From an uncultured Pseudomonadota bacterium (GTDB lineage Bacteria; Pseudomonadota; Alphaproteobacteria; Rhizobiales; Xanthobacteraceae): a stretch of 64,000 bases of DNA. Below the pieces are notes generated by a model. It saw only the letters and a program-made list of their open reading frames with translations. It was not told the origin of the DNA and did not search any database. A program made the position numbers and the translations under genes. This document shows positions 51,933 through 64,000 of this stretch, in pieces (the stretch's first letter is position 1; the number at the start of each line of letters is the position of its first letter). Location of the stretch: positions 376,550 to 440,549 of the forward strand of contig CAWAIV010000004.1 of assembly GCA_963782145.1 (NCBI GenBank), in the 5' to 3' direction.

Positions 51933-53756
51933 ATGCCCGTCCGCCAATTGCCCGAAGGTATCGTCAACCGCATCGCCGCCGGCGAAGTGGTGGAGCGGCC
52001 GGCGAGCGTGGTCAAGGAACTGGTCGAGAACGCGCTCGATGCCGGCGCGCATCGCATCGATGTGCTTACCGACGGCGGCGGCCGCCGCCTGATCCGTGTC
52101 ACCGACGACGGCGCCGGCATGACGCGCGCCGACCTGGAGCTTGCGGTCGAACGCCATGCCACCTCCAAGCTGGCGGGCGACGATCTGCTCGCCATCAGCA
52201 CGCTCGGATTTCGCGGCGAGGCGCTGCCCTCGATCGGCGCGGTGGCGCGCCTGACCATCACCACGCGCCATGCCGACGAGCCGCATGCCTGGAGTCTCAC
52301 GCTCGATGCCGGCGCCAAAGCGGATGCCAAGCCCGCGGCGCTGACGCGCGGCACCAGCGTGGAGGTGCGCGACCTGTTCCATGCCACGCCGGCGCGGCTG
52401 AAATTCCTCAAGAGCGACCGCGCCGAGGCGGAAGCCGTACGCGACGTGGTGCGGCGCCTGGCCATGAGCCGGCCCGACGTGGCGTTCACGCTCGCCGGCG
52501 AGGAGCGTGCACCGGTCACCTGGAATGCCGACGCCGATCGGTTGACGCGGCTCGGCGACGTGCTCGGTGCCGACTTCCGCGCCAATGCCATCGCGATTCA
52601 AAACGAGCGCGACGGCGTCGGCGTCAGCGGCTTCGCCGCGCTGCCGACGCTCACGCGCGCCAATTCGCTCGGGCAATATCTCTTCGTCAACGGCCGTCCG
52701 GTACGCGACAAGCTGCTGGTCGGCGCGGTGCGCGCGGCCTATGCCGATTATCTGCCGCGCGACCGTCATCCGCTGCTCGCTCTGTTCGTCACCCTCGATG
52801 CGCGCGAGGTCGACGTCAATGTGCATCCGGCCAAGACCGAAGTACGCTTCCGTGACGGCGGTCTGGTGCGCGGCCTGATCGTGCGCGCCTTGAAGGAGGC
52901 GCTGGCGCGCGAGGGTCAGCGCGCGGCCTCGACCGGGGGTGGCGCCACCATCGCCGCCTTCCGTCCCTTGGAGGCGCCGCCGCGCGGCGGCTACGACTGG
53001 CGGCGCTCGCCGGCGCGGCCCGATCCACGCGGTTATCCGCCGGTGAGCTATGCGCAGATGCGCGGCGGCATCGCCGCGCTCGGTTTCGCCGAGGCCGCGC
53101 AGGCCGCCTTCGATGTCGGCGCGCCGTCAGCCGACGCGCGCATCGAGAGCTTTCAGCCTGCGCCCGACCTCATCGATAATCCGCTCGGTGCCGCGCGCGC
53201 GCAGGTGCATGAGACCTATATCGTGGCGCAGACCCGCGATGGGCTCGTCATCGTCGACCAGCACGCCGCGCATGAGCGCATCGTTTATGAGCGCATGAAG
53301 GCCGCGCTGGAGCAAAGCGGCGTGGCGCGGCAGATCCTGCTCATTCCGGAGATCGTCGAGCTCGACGAGCATGACGCCGCGCGGCTCGTCGCGCGCGCCG
53401 ATGATCTGACGCGCTTCGGCCTTGCGCTCGATGCCTTCGGCCCCGGCGCGGTGGCGGTGCGCGAGACGCCGTCCATGCTCGGCGAGGTGGATGTGCAGGG
53501 TCTGGTGCGCGATCTCGCCGAGCACCTCGCCGAATGGGACGACGAACTGCCGTTGGAGCGGCGTCTCATGCACGTCTCCGCCACCATGGCCTGCCACGGC
53601 TCGGTGCGCGCCGGGCGTCGGCTCAAGCCGGAGGAGATGAACGCGTTGCTGCGTGAGATGGAGGCGGTGCCCAATTCCGGCCAGTGCAATCACGGCCGGC
53701 CGACCTATGTCGAATTGAAGCTCGGCGATATCGAGCGGTTGTTCGGGCGAAGGTGA
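51933..53756 (+). CDS. mutL: DNA mismatch repair protein MutL
   Basis: [29 protein letters not shown] and CNHGRP motifs. Confidence 0.98.
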   Translation: MPVRQLPEGIVNRIAAGEVVERPASVVKELVENALDAGAHRIDVLTDGGGRRLIRVTDDGAGMTRADLELAVERHATSKLAGDDLLAISTLGFRGEALPSIGAVARLTITTRHADEPHAWSLTLDAGAKADAKPAALTRGTSVEVRDLFHATPARLKFLKSDRAEAEAVRDVVRRLAMSRPDVAFTLAGEERAPVTWNADADRLTRLGDVLGADFRANAIAIQNERDGVGVSGFAALPTLTRANSLGQYLFVNGRPVRDKLLVGAVRAAYADYLPRDRHPLLALFVTLDAREVDVNVHPAKTEVRFRDGGLVRGLIVRALKEALAREGQRAASTGGGATIAAFRPLEAPPRGGYDWRRSPARPDPRGYPPVSYAQMRGGIAALGFAEAAQAAFDVGAPSADARIESFQPAPDLIDNPLGAARAQVHETYIVAQTRDGLVIVDQHAAHERIVYERMKAALEQSGVARQILLIPEIVELDEHDAARLVARADDLTRFGLALDAFGPGAVAVRETPSMLGEVDVQGLVRDLAEHLAEWDDELPLERRLMHVSATMACHGSVRAGRRLKPEEMNALLREMEAVPNSGQCNHGRPTYVELKLGDIERLFGRR

Positions 53757-53759
53757 CGG

Positions 53760-54314
53760 CTAAGGCGCTCGCAAAAACACAAACTTGGTATCGTCGTAGC
53801 GCCGACGCTCAAGCTCGACGAACCCTTCCGGCGCGGCGAAGCCGGCATCGGCGGCTTCCTCGACGACAACAAGCGCGCCCGGCGTCAGCCAGCCGCCGGC
53901 GCGCGCCGAAGCCAATGCGCGTTCGGCCAGCCCCTGGCCATAGGGCGGATCGAGGAAGGCGAGCGCGAACGGCTCGAGCGGATGCGCCGGCCCCAGCCTT
54001 GTGGCATCGCGGCGGAAGATGCGGGTAACGCCGCCGAGACCGAGCGTCTCGATATTAGCGCGCAGCAGTGCGCGCGCCTCCACGCCCTCGTCGACGAACA
54101 ACGCGAAGGCGGCGCCGCGCGAGATCGCTTCCAGCCCCAGCGCGCCGGTGCCGGCGAAGCAATCGAGCACGCGCGCGCCGGTGACCGGATCGCCATAAGA
54201 ATGCGCCAGGATATTGAACAGCGCCTCGCGCAGGCGATCGCTGGTCGGGCGCACGGCTTGCGACTTCGGCCCCGCCAGCGGGCGCGAGCGCAGGCGGCCG
54301 CCGACGACACGCAT
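53760..54314 (-). CDS. rsmD: 16S rRNA m2G966 methyltransferase
   Basis: RPTSDRLREALFN, FAGTGALGLEAISRGA and DPPY motifs. Confidence 0.94.
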   Translation of the reverse strand: MRVVGGRLRSRPLAGPKSQAVRPTSDRLREALFNILAHSYGDPVTGARVLDCFAGTGALGLEAISRGAAFALFVDEGVEARALLRANIETLGLGGVTRIFRRDATRLGPAHPLEPFALAFLDPPYGQGLAERALASARAGGWLTPGALVVVEEAADAGFAAPEGFVELERRRYDDTKFVFLRAP

Positions 54315-55294
54315 TATTTCGGCCTCGGGCGGGAGGGCCGCGGTCCGCCGCGACGGTCGCGCCGACGGTGCGTCTTTTTGCGGTCGGCGGGCGCCGGCTT
54401 CTCGCCGTCATCCTGAGATGCGCCGCGCGGCCGCGCCTCGGAGGATGAATGGCCTGGGCGGCCACCCTTCGCAGTGCGCTTTCCGCGCGCCTCAGGGCGA
54501 CGGGCTGCCTCGTCCTCCAACGGCGAATCGAAATCCGCTTCAGCGTCTCTGCAAATCTCCGGCCCCAAGGCTTTGCGCAATTCCGCCGTTTCCACCTCCG
54601 CCACCACGCCGTCGTCCAAGTCGCCGAGTTCGAACGGCCCGTAGGACAGACGGATCAGACGGTTCACCTTGAGCCCGAGCTGTTCCAGCACTTTACGTAC
54701 TTCGCGGTTCTTGCCTTCCTTGATGGCAAAGGTCAGCCAGACATTGGCGCCCTGTTCACGGTCGAGCGTCGCCTCGATCGGTCCGTAGCGCACGCCGTCG
54801 ATGGTCACGCCGGACTTCAGCCGATCTAAAGCCTCCTGCGTCACCCGCCCCAGCGCACGCACCCGATAGCGGCGCAGCCAGCCGGTCGCCGGCAACTCCA
54901 ACACGCGTGCCAGCCCGCCGTCATTGGTCAGCAGCAGCAGGCCTTCGGTGTTGATGTCGAGCCGGCCAACGCTGATCAGACGTGGCAGGTGCTTGGGCAG
55001 GGCGCGGAAGAGGGTGTCGCGCCCCTGCGGATCGGAATGCGTGGTCAGCAGCCCGCGCGGCTTGTGATAGAGGAACAGCCGCGTGCGCGCCCGGGCCGGC
55101 AGCGGCGCCCCGTCGACCGTGATGCGGTCGCGCCGGCCAACGTTGAGCGCCGGCGAAGAAATCGCCGCGCCATTGACCGTCACGCGCCCGGCGGCGATCC
55201 AGGCCTCGGCCTGGCGCCGCGAGGCGAGCCCGGCGCGCGCGATCACCTTGGCGATGCGCTCGCCGGGTTTGTCAGGGGTGTTTTTTTCGGGCAT
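54314..55294 (-). CDS. rluB: Pseudouridine synthase (RluB/RsuA family)
   Basis: S4 domain ASRRQAE; VGRLDINTEGLLLLTNDG and EGKNREVR motifs. Confidence 0.88.
   Translation of the reverse strand: MPEKNTPDKPGERIAKVIARAGLASRRQAEAWIAAGRVTVNGAAISSPALNVGRRDRITVDGAPLPARARTRLFLYHKPRGLLTTHSDPQGRDTLFRALPKHLPRLISVGRLDINTEGLLLLTNDGGLARVLELPATGWLRRYRVRALGRVTQEALDRLKSGVTIDGVRYGPIEATLDREQGANVWLTFAIKEGKNREVRKVLEQLGLKVNRLIRLSYGPFELGDLDDGVVAEVETAELRKALGPEICRDAEADFDSPLEDEAARRPEARGKRTAKGGRPGHSSSEARPRGASQDDGEKPAPADRKKTHRRRDRRGGPRPSRPRPK
54405..54503. repeat. 99-bp palindromic element inside the rluB coding sequence
   Basis: CCGTCATCCTGAG...CTCAGGGCGACGG; same ends and internal blocks as 8042-8152. Confidence 0.8.
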
Positions 55295-55305
55295 GAGCAG
55301 GACTT

Positions 55306-55755
55306 ATGACATCGTCCTCCTTCATGCAAATGGCCCTTGAGGAAGCCCGCGCCGCAGGTAGCCGCGGCGAGGTGCCGGTCGGCGCTGTCGTCGTGCGCGA
55401 CAACAAGGTGATTGCGCGCGCCGGCAACCGCACTTTGGCCGACAAGGACCCGACCGCGCATGCCGAATTGCTGGCGATCCGCGCCGCCGCTGCCGCGCTC
55501 GGCAGCGAGCGGCTGGCGACCTGCGATCTCTATGTGACGCTGGAGCCCTGCGCCATGTGCGCGGCGGCGCTGTCGTTTGCCCGCATCCGCCGGCTTTATT
55601 TCGGCGCCGGCGATGCCAAGGGTGGCGCGGTCGAGCACGGCGTGCGTTTCTTCGCCGCGCCCACCTGCCACCATCGGCCCGAGGTCTATGGCGGTATCGG
55701 CGAGCGCGACAGCGGGGCGCTGTTGAAAGAGTTTTTTCAGGCGCGGCGCGCCTGA
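55306..55755 (+). CDS. tadA: tRNA adenosine deaminase / nucleoside deaminase
   Basis: GEVPVGAV, DPTAHAE and TLEPCAMC motifs. Confidence 0.88.
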   Translation: MTSSSFMQMALEEARAAGSRGEVPVGAVVVRDNKVIARAGNRTLADKDPTAHAELLAIRAAAAALGSERLATCDLYVTLEPCAMCAAALSFARIRRLYFGAGDAKGGAVEHGVRFFAAPTCHHRPEVYGGIGERDSGALLKEFFQARRA

Positions 55756-55758
55756 AGC

Positions 55759-55941
55759 CTACGCCACCTTGTCGACCACCTTGCCCATGCCGGGCGGCGG
55801 CGGCGGACGCTTCACCGCTTCCGCGGTGGTGACCGCCGTGGAGGTGACGGCGTCGTCGCGATCGCCGGCCGGTGGCGGCGACTTCGGTGAGGTACCGGTT
55901 TTCGGCAGGATCATCTGAATGCCAATGCTGCTTACGCTCAT
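55759..55941 (-). CDS. Small 60-aa hypothetical protein
   Basis: MSVSSIG...PPPPPGMGKVVDKVA; GGGGG-rich RBS; G-x-G-x-x-V-D-x-x-A C-terminus. Confidence 0.6.
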   Translation of the reverse strand: MSVSSIGIQMILPKTGTSPKSPPPAGDRDDAVTSTAVTTAEAVKRPPPPPGMGKVVDKVA

Positions 55942-56056
55942 TCCCCCGCACCCTTGATTGTGCGGCGAAGCTAGCAGGCAGGCGTCAAAATAGCGCAACA
56001 TCGAAGCGTGAAATACGAGGGTGCGGCGTAAGGATTTGTTGACTGTGAAGGTCACC

Positions 56057-56077
56057 TCTCCCCGCCATGCGGGGAGA
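56057..56077. repeat. Hairpin TCTCCCCGC-CAT-GCGGGGAGA (solo palindromic repeat or terminator)
   Basis: Perfect 9-bp stem just after the phosphotransferase stop; no clear U tract. Confidence 0.5.
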
Positions 56078-56083
56078 AGGAAG

Positions 56084-57163
56084 TCACGCCTGCTGCGCGA
56101 ACTCCCACGCCTTTTCCGCCAGCGGGCGGATCAACTCGGCCTTGGCCGGCGCATGTTCGCTGGTGGCGGTGCCGTCGCGCACGCGCCCGATGATGCCCTG
56201 CAGGATGGCGGCGATGCGGAAGAAATTATAGGCGAGATAGGCGGGCAAGTGCGCGCGTGGATCGAGCCCGGTGCGCAGCACATAATCGTCGACATAATCC
56301 GCCATCGACGGAATGCCGAGCGCATCGAGATCGTGACCGTCGAGCGTGGCGGTGCCGGCGGCGCTTTCCGAATGCGGCATGTGCCACGCCATCAGGTGAT
56401 AGGAGAAATCGGCGAGCGGATCGCCGAGCGTCGACAATTCCCAATCGAGCACGGCGATCACCCGCGGCGCATCGCGCGCCACGATCAGGTTGTCGAGCCG
56501 GTAATCGCCATGCACCAGCCGCACCGGCCCGGCCGGCGGAATGTGCAACGGCAGCCATTCGATCAGCCGCTCCATCTCGTCGATCTTCTGCGTCTCCGAG
56601 GCGCGATATTGCTTCGACCAGCGCTCGACCTGGCGCGCCACATAGTTCTCGCCTTTGCCGAAATCGCCGAGGCCGATCGCTGCCGGCTCGAAGCTGTGCA
56701 GCCGGGCGATGGTCTCGTTCATCGCGTCATAGACCGCGGCGCGCTCGGCCGGGTTCGAGCCCGGCATCTGCGGCTCCCAGAACACGCGGCCGTCGACGAA
56801 GCGGGTGAGATGGAACGCCGTGCCGGCGACGCTGTCGTCGGCGCAATAGAGTAGCGGCGCGGCCACCGGAAAGCCTTGCGCATGGAGCGCGCTGATGACT
56901 CTGATATTCGCGGTCGACCGCATGCGCCGATGGCAGCAGCTTGCCCGGCGGCTTGCGCCGCAGCACGTAGGCGGCGCGCCGGCGTCTCCAACAGGTAGGT
57001 CGGGTTCGACTGCCCACCCTTGAACTGCTTGACGCGTGAGCGGCCCGGCGAAGCCGTCGACATTGGCCGCCAGATAGTGTTGCAGCCGCGCGGCATCGAG
57101 CGCGAGCGCGCTCGCCACCTCTTTGGTGCCGGTGAAAGCCTGTTGGCGGTCGAGGGTCGTCAC
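56084..57163 (-). CDS. Phosphotransferase family protein (APH/ACAD10-like), frameshifted
   Basis: QFKGGQSNPTY, LVHGDYRLDN and VLDWELSTLGDP motifs. Confidence 0.88.
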   Translation of the reverse strand: MTTLDRQQAFTGTKEVASALALDAARLQHYLAANVDGFAGPLTRQAVQGWAVEPDLPVGDAGAPPTCCGASRRASCCHRRMRSTANIRVISALHAQGFPVAAPLLYCADDSVAGTAFHLTRFVDGRVFWEPQMPGSNPAERAAVYDAMNETIARLHSFEPAAIGLGDFGKGENYVARQVERWSKQYRASETQKIDEMERLIEWLPLHIPPAGPVRLVHGDYRLDNLIVARDAPRVIAVLDWELSTLGDPLADFSYHLMAWHMPHSESAAGTATLDGHDLDALGIPSMADYVDDYVLRTGLDPRAHLPAYLAYNFFRIAAILQGIIGRVRDGTATSEHAPAKAELIRPLAEKAWEFAQQA

Positions 57164-57824
57164 TTCTTGCCTTCGAACGCAATCGGCGCATCGGCGAAAA
57201 TCTGGTACCGCTGCGACTTCGGCTTCGCCTTGTCCTCCTCGTTGACATACTGGATCGAGCTCTTGCCCTGCAGCGCGCGCGGCAGGATCAGCACGCGGAT
57301 GAAGCGGCTCGGCGCGTCTCGGCATCCGCCTGCGCGAATACCGGATCGGGCCCGGCCTCGTACCAGGCGCCGCCCGGCCCATAGGAGGTCGAACGGTGAT
57401 GGGTATCGATGCGGATACCGCCCTCGATGAGGCAACGGATGCCCGGGCCCTGATGCACATGCGTGTAGGCGCAGCCGCCGGGCGGGAAGGCGACGCTGTC
57501 GCCGCGCATCAACAATTCGCCCTTGGGCAGCGTCTCCAGATAGGCGGTGAGCTTCTCATGCGTGATCATGCCCGGCGCGGCGGCGACGGTGCTGGGGGCA
57601 TCGCCGCGGTAAAGCTCCCAGCGCCAGACGGTGACGCCTTCGGCGCCGGGCTTGACGGTGACGGTGTCTTCGCCCTGCCAGGCTTCGCCCGGCTGCAACG
57701 CCTTGCCGCTGATCATGGCGCTCGCCCTGCGCCACGAAAATAAAGCGCGGCAGCGCGGCAAGCGAAATTCGACATTCTCCGCGCTCGAAAGCACGTCTTC
57801 ATAGAGCCGCAACACGGGATGCAT
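57160..57824 (-). CDS. Cupin-like hypothetical protein, frameshifted
   Basis: FPPGGCAYTHVHQGPGIRCL...WYE cupin-like motifs. Confidence 0.7.
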
Positions 57825-57842
57825 GGCGTCTGACCTCGGCTC

Positions 57843-57935
57843 CGTAGGCTGGGCAAAGGCGCGGAACGCACCGTGCCCACCACCAGACTTTCAGCGCGGC
57901 AGCGTCGCCGGGGGCGTCGCGTCGCGCAGCCCAGC

Positions 57936-57940
<5 letters not shown>
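57843..57940. repeat. GTAG-type REP doublet overlapping the purD stop codon
   Basis: Perfect 12-bp TIR CGTAGGCTGGGC...GCCCAGCCTACG. Confidence 0.8.
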
Positions 57941-59224
<1,284 letters not shown>

Positions 59225-59305
59225 GGGGCGCGGGGCCTGCCTTTAGTGTGCGATCGCCAGTTGGTGTAGCATGCCGCCTCACCCCCGCAAGAGATTTCGG
59301 ACCGA

Positions 59306-60816
59306 ATGGCCGAGCCCGCCCTCGACAACCTTGCGGAATGGACCGTCTCCGAGCTCTCCGCCGCGCTCAGGCGCACGGTCGAGGACGCCTATGGCTATGT
59401 GCGGGTGCGCGGCGAGGTCTCCGGCTTCAAGGGCGCCTCGCCCTCCGGCCATGTCTATTTCCGCCTCAAGGACGACCGCGCCGTGCTGGAAGCGGTGATC
59501 TGGAAGGGCATCTACGGCCGCATGCGCGTCAAGCCGGAGGAGGGGCTCGACGTCGTCGCCTCCGGCAAGCTCACCACCTTCGCCGGCTCCTCCAAATACC
59601 AGATCGTCATCGACACGCTGGAGCCGGCCGGCATCGGCGCGCTGATGAAGCTGCTGGAGGAGCGCAAGAAGAAGCTCGCCGCCGAAGGCCTGTTCGACGA
59701 GGCGCGCAAGCAGTTGCTGCCGTTCCTGCCGGAAGTGATCGGCGTCGTCACTTCGCCGACCGGCGCGGTCATCCGCGACATCCTGCATCGCCTGGCCGAC
59801 CGCTTCGCCCGCCGCGTGCTGGTGTGGCCGGTGCGGGTGCAGGGCGAAGCTCGGCGGCCGAAGTCGCCGCCGCCATCGACGGCTTCAACGCGCTGCCGGA
59901 AACGGGCCCGCTGCCGCGGCCCGATCTCATCATCGTGGCGCGCGGCGGCGGCTCGCTCGAGGACCTGTGGTCGTTCAACGAGGAGATCGTGGTGCGCGCG
60001 GCGGCGGCGAGCATGATCCCGCTGATCTCCGCGGTCGGCCACGAGACCGACGTGACGCTGATCGATTTTGCCGCCGACAAGCGCGCGCCGACGCCGACCG
60101 CCGCCGCCGAAATGGCGGTGCCGGTGCGCGCCGAATTGCTCTCGCGGCTGGCCGCGCTGGAAGCGCGCAAGCTTTCCTGCTGGCAGCGCGGCATCGAGCA
60201 GCGGCGCAAGGAGCTCGGCCTGCTTGCGCGCGCGCTGCCCAAGGACATCCTGGCCGGCCCGCGCCAGCAGCTCGATGCGCTGGCCGAGCGGCTGCCGCGC
60301 GCGCTCAACGCCAATGCCCAGCTGCACGCCACGCAATATTCCCGCGTCGCCGGCCGGCTGACGCCGCAACTGCTTGCGCAGCCAGGTCGAGCGCCGGCGC
60401 GAGCGCTATGACGGCCTCACCCGCCGCCTCGCCACCGGCCTCATCGCCAATGCGCAGGCGCATCGCGTGCGGCTCGCGCGCCATCGCGACCGCGTCACCG
60501 GCTTCGGCGAGCGCGCGCGGCGCGCCATGCACTGCGCTGCTCGCGCAGCGCGGCGCGCGGGTCGAGCGCGCCGAGCGCCTGCTCGCCGCCTTTTCCTATC
60601 GCGCGGTGCTCAGCCCGCGGCTTCGCGCTGGTGCGCGACGACGAGGGCCAGCCGCTGCACAGCGCCGCTGCCGTCAGCCCCGGCACTGCGGCTCGACATC
60701 GAATTCGCCGACGGCCGCGTCGGCGCGCGTCGCCGACGGCGAGGCCGCGCCCGGCGCCGGCGGCCAAGGCCAAGCCGCGCCGCAGCGGTTCCGGCGGGCA
60801 GGGGAGCCTGTTCTGA
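59306..60816 (+). CDS. xseA: Exodeoxyribonuclease VII large subunit (frameshifted)
   Basis: [43 protein letters not shown] and [10 protein letters not shown] motifs. Confidence 0.95.
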
Positions 60817-60917
60817 GCGGGCTGGCCTTGTCCCTGTTCGAGCGAGGCATGAGCGCGGCAGGCTCGCGGACCGGCGAACGACTATCTTGGCGCAGTTCGC
60901 CGCCAACGGAGGCCGCT

Positions 60918-61149
60918 TTGCTCAACCGCTACGACCGCTTCCCGCCGATGAACGGCGAGGCCGAGGTCAAATATCTCGACGGCGATTTCCGCGTCGTCCG
61001 GCCGGGCGCCTTCGTGCGCTGCGCGGTGACCGGCGTGCCGATCCCGCTCGAGGAGCTCAAATACTGGAGCGTCGAGCTGCAGGAGGCATATGCCACGCCC
61101 GAGGCGGTGCTGCAGCGCCATCGCGCGCAATATGCCGGCGAAGGCATAA
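60918..61149 (+). CDS. DUF2093-like small protein (end approximate)
   Basis: YLDGDFRVVRPGAFVRCAVTG.PIPLEELKYWSVELQEAY; GGAGG RBS before TTG. Confidence 0.8.
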
Positions 61150-61167
61150 GTTTTCCGACCGCTTGCG

Positions 61168-62174
61168 CTAACGCCGCAGCGTCGCCAGCACCATCGCGCG
61201 CAGCGACGTCGGCTTCCGTCACTCCATCGTCACCGGCAGCACATGCGCGCGCGCGGCGAGCGCGTCGAGCAGCGCTATCGCCGGCCATGCGCGCGTGGTC
61301 CTTTTCGGTGGTGAGCAGCGCCAGGCCCTCGTGCTCGGCATCCATGATCAGTTCGGCGGCTTCCTCGGCGCGTGAAGCGGTGGTGATCGGGAAACGCCAC
61401 GGTCTGCGCCACCTCGATGCCGGCGTCGCGCGCGCGTGGCGAAGAACTTCTCCGGATCGCCGATGCCGGCAAAGGCCAGCACCTTGCGCGCCTTCAGCGC
61501 CGCCACCGCCGCCGCGTCGGGCACCAGCCGGCCATGCAGCACCGGCAGTCCGCGCGCCATCGCCGCCGCGATGACGGTGTCGCGCGCCATCGACCGTCGC
61601 CCACCACCAACAGCGCGTCGCTGCGCGCAAGCTGCGCCGGCAAGCGGCGCGCGCAAGGGGCCGGCGGGAAACACGCGCGCATTGCCGATGCCGCGCCGCC
61701 CATCGATCACCGCGAGCGTGAAGTCCTTGGCGAGCGACCCGTTCTGCAAGCCGTCATCCATGATCACGACGCTCGCGCCTTGCTGCCTTGGCGAATGCCG
61801 CGCCGGCGACGCGGTCGCGCGCGATGATCGTCGGCGCCGCGCGCGCCAGCAGCAGCGCCTCGTCGCCGACTTCGCGGCGTGATCGGCATGCGGCGTCGAC
61901 GAGCTTCGGCCCGGCAGCGCTGCCGCCATAGCCGCGGCTGAGGCAGAACACCGTCTCGCCGGCCTCGCTCAGCATGGCGGCCAGCGCCAGCACCGCCGGG
62001 GTCTTGCCGGCGCCGCCGAGGGTGAAATTGCCGACGCAGATCACCGGCACGCCGGCGCGCGCGCCGCGCCGCGCCAGGCGCTGCGCCGCCACCGCGCCAT
62101 AGAGCGCGCCCAAGCGGCGCCAGCAGGGCCGCCGCCAGGCCCGGCTTGCGCCACCAGAAGCGGGGTTCACGCAT
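61168..62174 (-). CDS. lpxK: Tetraacyldisaccharide 4'-kinase (frameshifted)
   Basis: VGNFTLGGAGKTP, SRGYGG, GDEALLL, MDDGLQN, PAGPLR and TTEKD motifs. Confidence 0.93.
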
Positions 62175-63473
62175 GGCGTCGGCCCAGCCGCAATTGCAGG
62201 AGATAGGGTTCGAGCGAGGCGAGCGTGCGCTCGAGCGCGCCGCTCAAGTCCTCGACGGTCGTGCGCGCGGCGTCGGCCGCCCGCTGGCGCGCGGCCGGTT
62301 CGCGCAGCAGCGCGGCAAGCGCGGCGGTGAGGCGGTCGACGTCCTCGATGCGCGCGGCGCCGCGCGCGGCGTCGAGCGCGCTCATAGATTTCGGCGAAAT
62401 TCCACACATGCGGTCCATGCACGATGGCGGCGCCGAGCTTGGCCGGCTCGATCGGATTCTGCCCGCCATGGCGCACCAGCGAGCCGCCGACGAAGACCAC
62501 CGGCGCCAGCCGGTAGATCAGGCCGAGCTCGCCCATGGTGTCGGCCACATAGATGTCGGTTGTCTGGCTCAAGGCATCTCGCCGCGCGTGCGCAGCGCCG
62601 CCTGCAGACCGGCCGTGGTCGCCAGCGCCGCCACGCCGGCGCCGCGCTCGGGATGGCGCGGCGCGATCAGCGTCAGCAGGCCGGGGAAATTCGCGCGCAG
62701 CTGCGACATGCGCGGCGATCATCGCGCCTTCCTCGCCCTCATGGGTGGAGGCGGCGGCGATCACCGGCCGCGCGCCGATCGCCGTGCCGCAGCGCCATCA
62801 ATTCGGCGTCCGTCGCAGGGCGGCGCCGGCACGTCGAGCTTGAGATCGCCGGCGGTGATCAGATGCGGCGCGCCCAGCGCCATCAGCCGCGTCGGCATCG
62901 CCCGGCGTGCGCGCCAGGCAAGGTCGAAGCGTTGCAGCAGATTGACGATCGCCGCCGGCAGGTACTGCCAGCGCCGGTAGGAATTCTCCGACAGCCGCCC
63001 GTTGATCAGGATCATCGGCACGCGCCGGCGCGCCGCTTCGATGATCCGGTTCGGCCACAGGTCGGATTCCACGAACAGCGCCAGATCCGGCCGCCAGTGA
63101 TCGAGGAAGCGCCGCACGTAAGCGCGGCACGTCGAGCGGCACGAATTGATGGATCACGCCTGGCGGCAGCCGCTCGCCGGCCAGTTCGCCCGAGGTCACG
63201 GTTCCGGTGGTCACCAGCACGCGCGACGTCGCGCGCGGCGATGCGCGCGATCAGCGGCAGCACGCTCGCCAGTTCGCCGACGCTGGCCGCATGCAGCCAG
63301 ACCAGCGGTCCCGGCGGCCGCTCGAATTCGGGTTCGCCGCGCCGCTCGGCGAGCCGCTCGCCGGGCTCCTTGCCGCGGCGCTGACGCACCGCCAGAAGCA
63401 GCGGCGACAGCGGCGCCGCCGCCGCCGACAGCAATCGGTAGGCGCGCAGGGCTCCCGGCAGCCTGTCGCTCAC
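62167..63473 (-). CDS. waaA: 3-deoxy-D-manno-octulosonic acid transferase (frameshifted)
   Basis: WLHAASVGE, ESDLWPN, AASTHEGEE, DTMGEL and GGQNPIEPA motifs. Confidence 0.93.
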
Positions 63474-64000
63474 GACGTCTCGCCCTCCTTGCGGTCGGCG
63501 ATCGCATAGGCGCGCGCCGTCACCCGGTTGAGCTCCTTTTCCACCATCTGCCGCGCCGATTCCAGTGTCCGCCGCGTCGGCGTCGCGCGGCAACCGGGAT
63601 CGGGTTGCCGGCCACCCCGCCGATGCGGCTGAACGGCAGGTTGATGACGCTGCGGTCCCAGTTGTCGAGCACGATGCGCCGGCTGGTGGCGATCGCCACC
63701 GGATAGATCGGCCGGCCGGAAAACTGCGCCAGCTTGACCACGCCCATGCCGGCCACCCGCGCCACCTTGGGCACGTCGGCGGTGAGCGCGATGTTATAGC
63801 CCTGCTCCAGCGCCTCCAGCATTTCGCTGAAGGCGGTGGCGCCGCCCTTGCGCTGGAATTCGCCGTTATGCGCGCCGGAGCCGCGGATGGTTTCGATGCC
63901 GAGGCGATGGGCGGCGCGCGCATTGATCTCGCCGTCGCGGTGGCGCGAGATCAGCGCCTTGACGCGGTGGGTCTCGTCGTTGCGCTTGATGAAGGGCGTG
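63470..64000 (-). CDS. DUF374 / lysophospholipid acyltransferase family protein (5' truncated by window edge, frameshifted)
   Basis: ISRHRDGEI, IRGS, ALTADVP and NWDRSVINLPFS motifs; upstream of waaA. Confidence 0.85.

Noticed and set aside
55294-55306. Divergent rluB and tadA starts only 11 bp apart
   Set aside because: The start codons are uncertain and compact divergent pairs are common; no further signal.

Overview
A GC-rich alphaproteobacterial chromosome segment. Gene content and order suggest Hyphomicrobiales (Xanthobacteraceae/Nitrobacteraceae-like); this is inference. Most genes are housekeeping or transport: a TRAP transporter plus amidase, groES-groEL with a CIRCE operator, MFS transporters, a Ser/Thr kinase-USP with a metallophosphoesterase, GT2/YdjC/GtrA, hisS/hisZ/hisG, an ABC exporter, mipZ, ribF-ileS-lspA, an M16 peptidase pair, pgi, arfB, mutL, rsmD, rluB, tadA, purD, xseA, lpxK and waaA. 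From about 26 kb onward many essential genes carry single-base frameshifts, most likely long-read assembly errors, so coordinates of split genes are approximate. I saw no rRNA, tRNA, CRISPR array or IS transposase. The main signals are: (1) a low-GC stand-alone GIY-YIG nuclease gene bracketed by 28-bp inverted 'GTC+hairpin' repeats between ileS and lspA, with gene-less copies of the same repeat elsewhere, which resembles a RAYT/REPIN layout but with a different enzyme; (2) several other palindromic repeat families, including a 99-bp copy translated in frame inside rluB and a GTAG element that supplies the purD stop codon; (3) sharply bounded low-GC, rare-codon patches inside both hisS and ileS.
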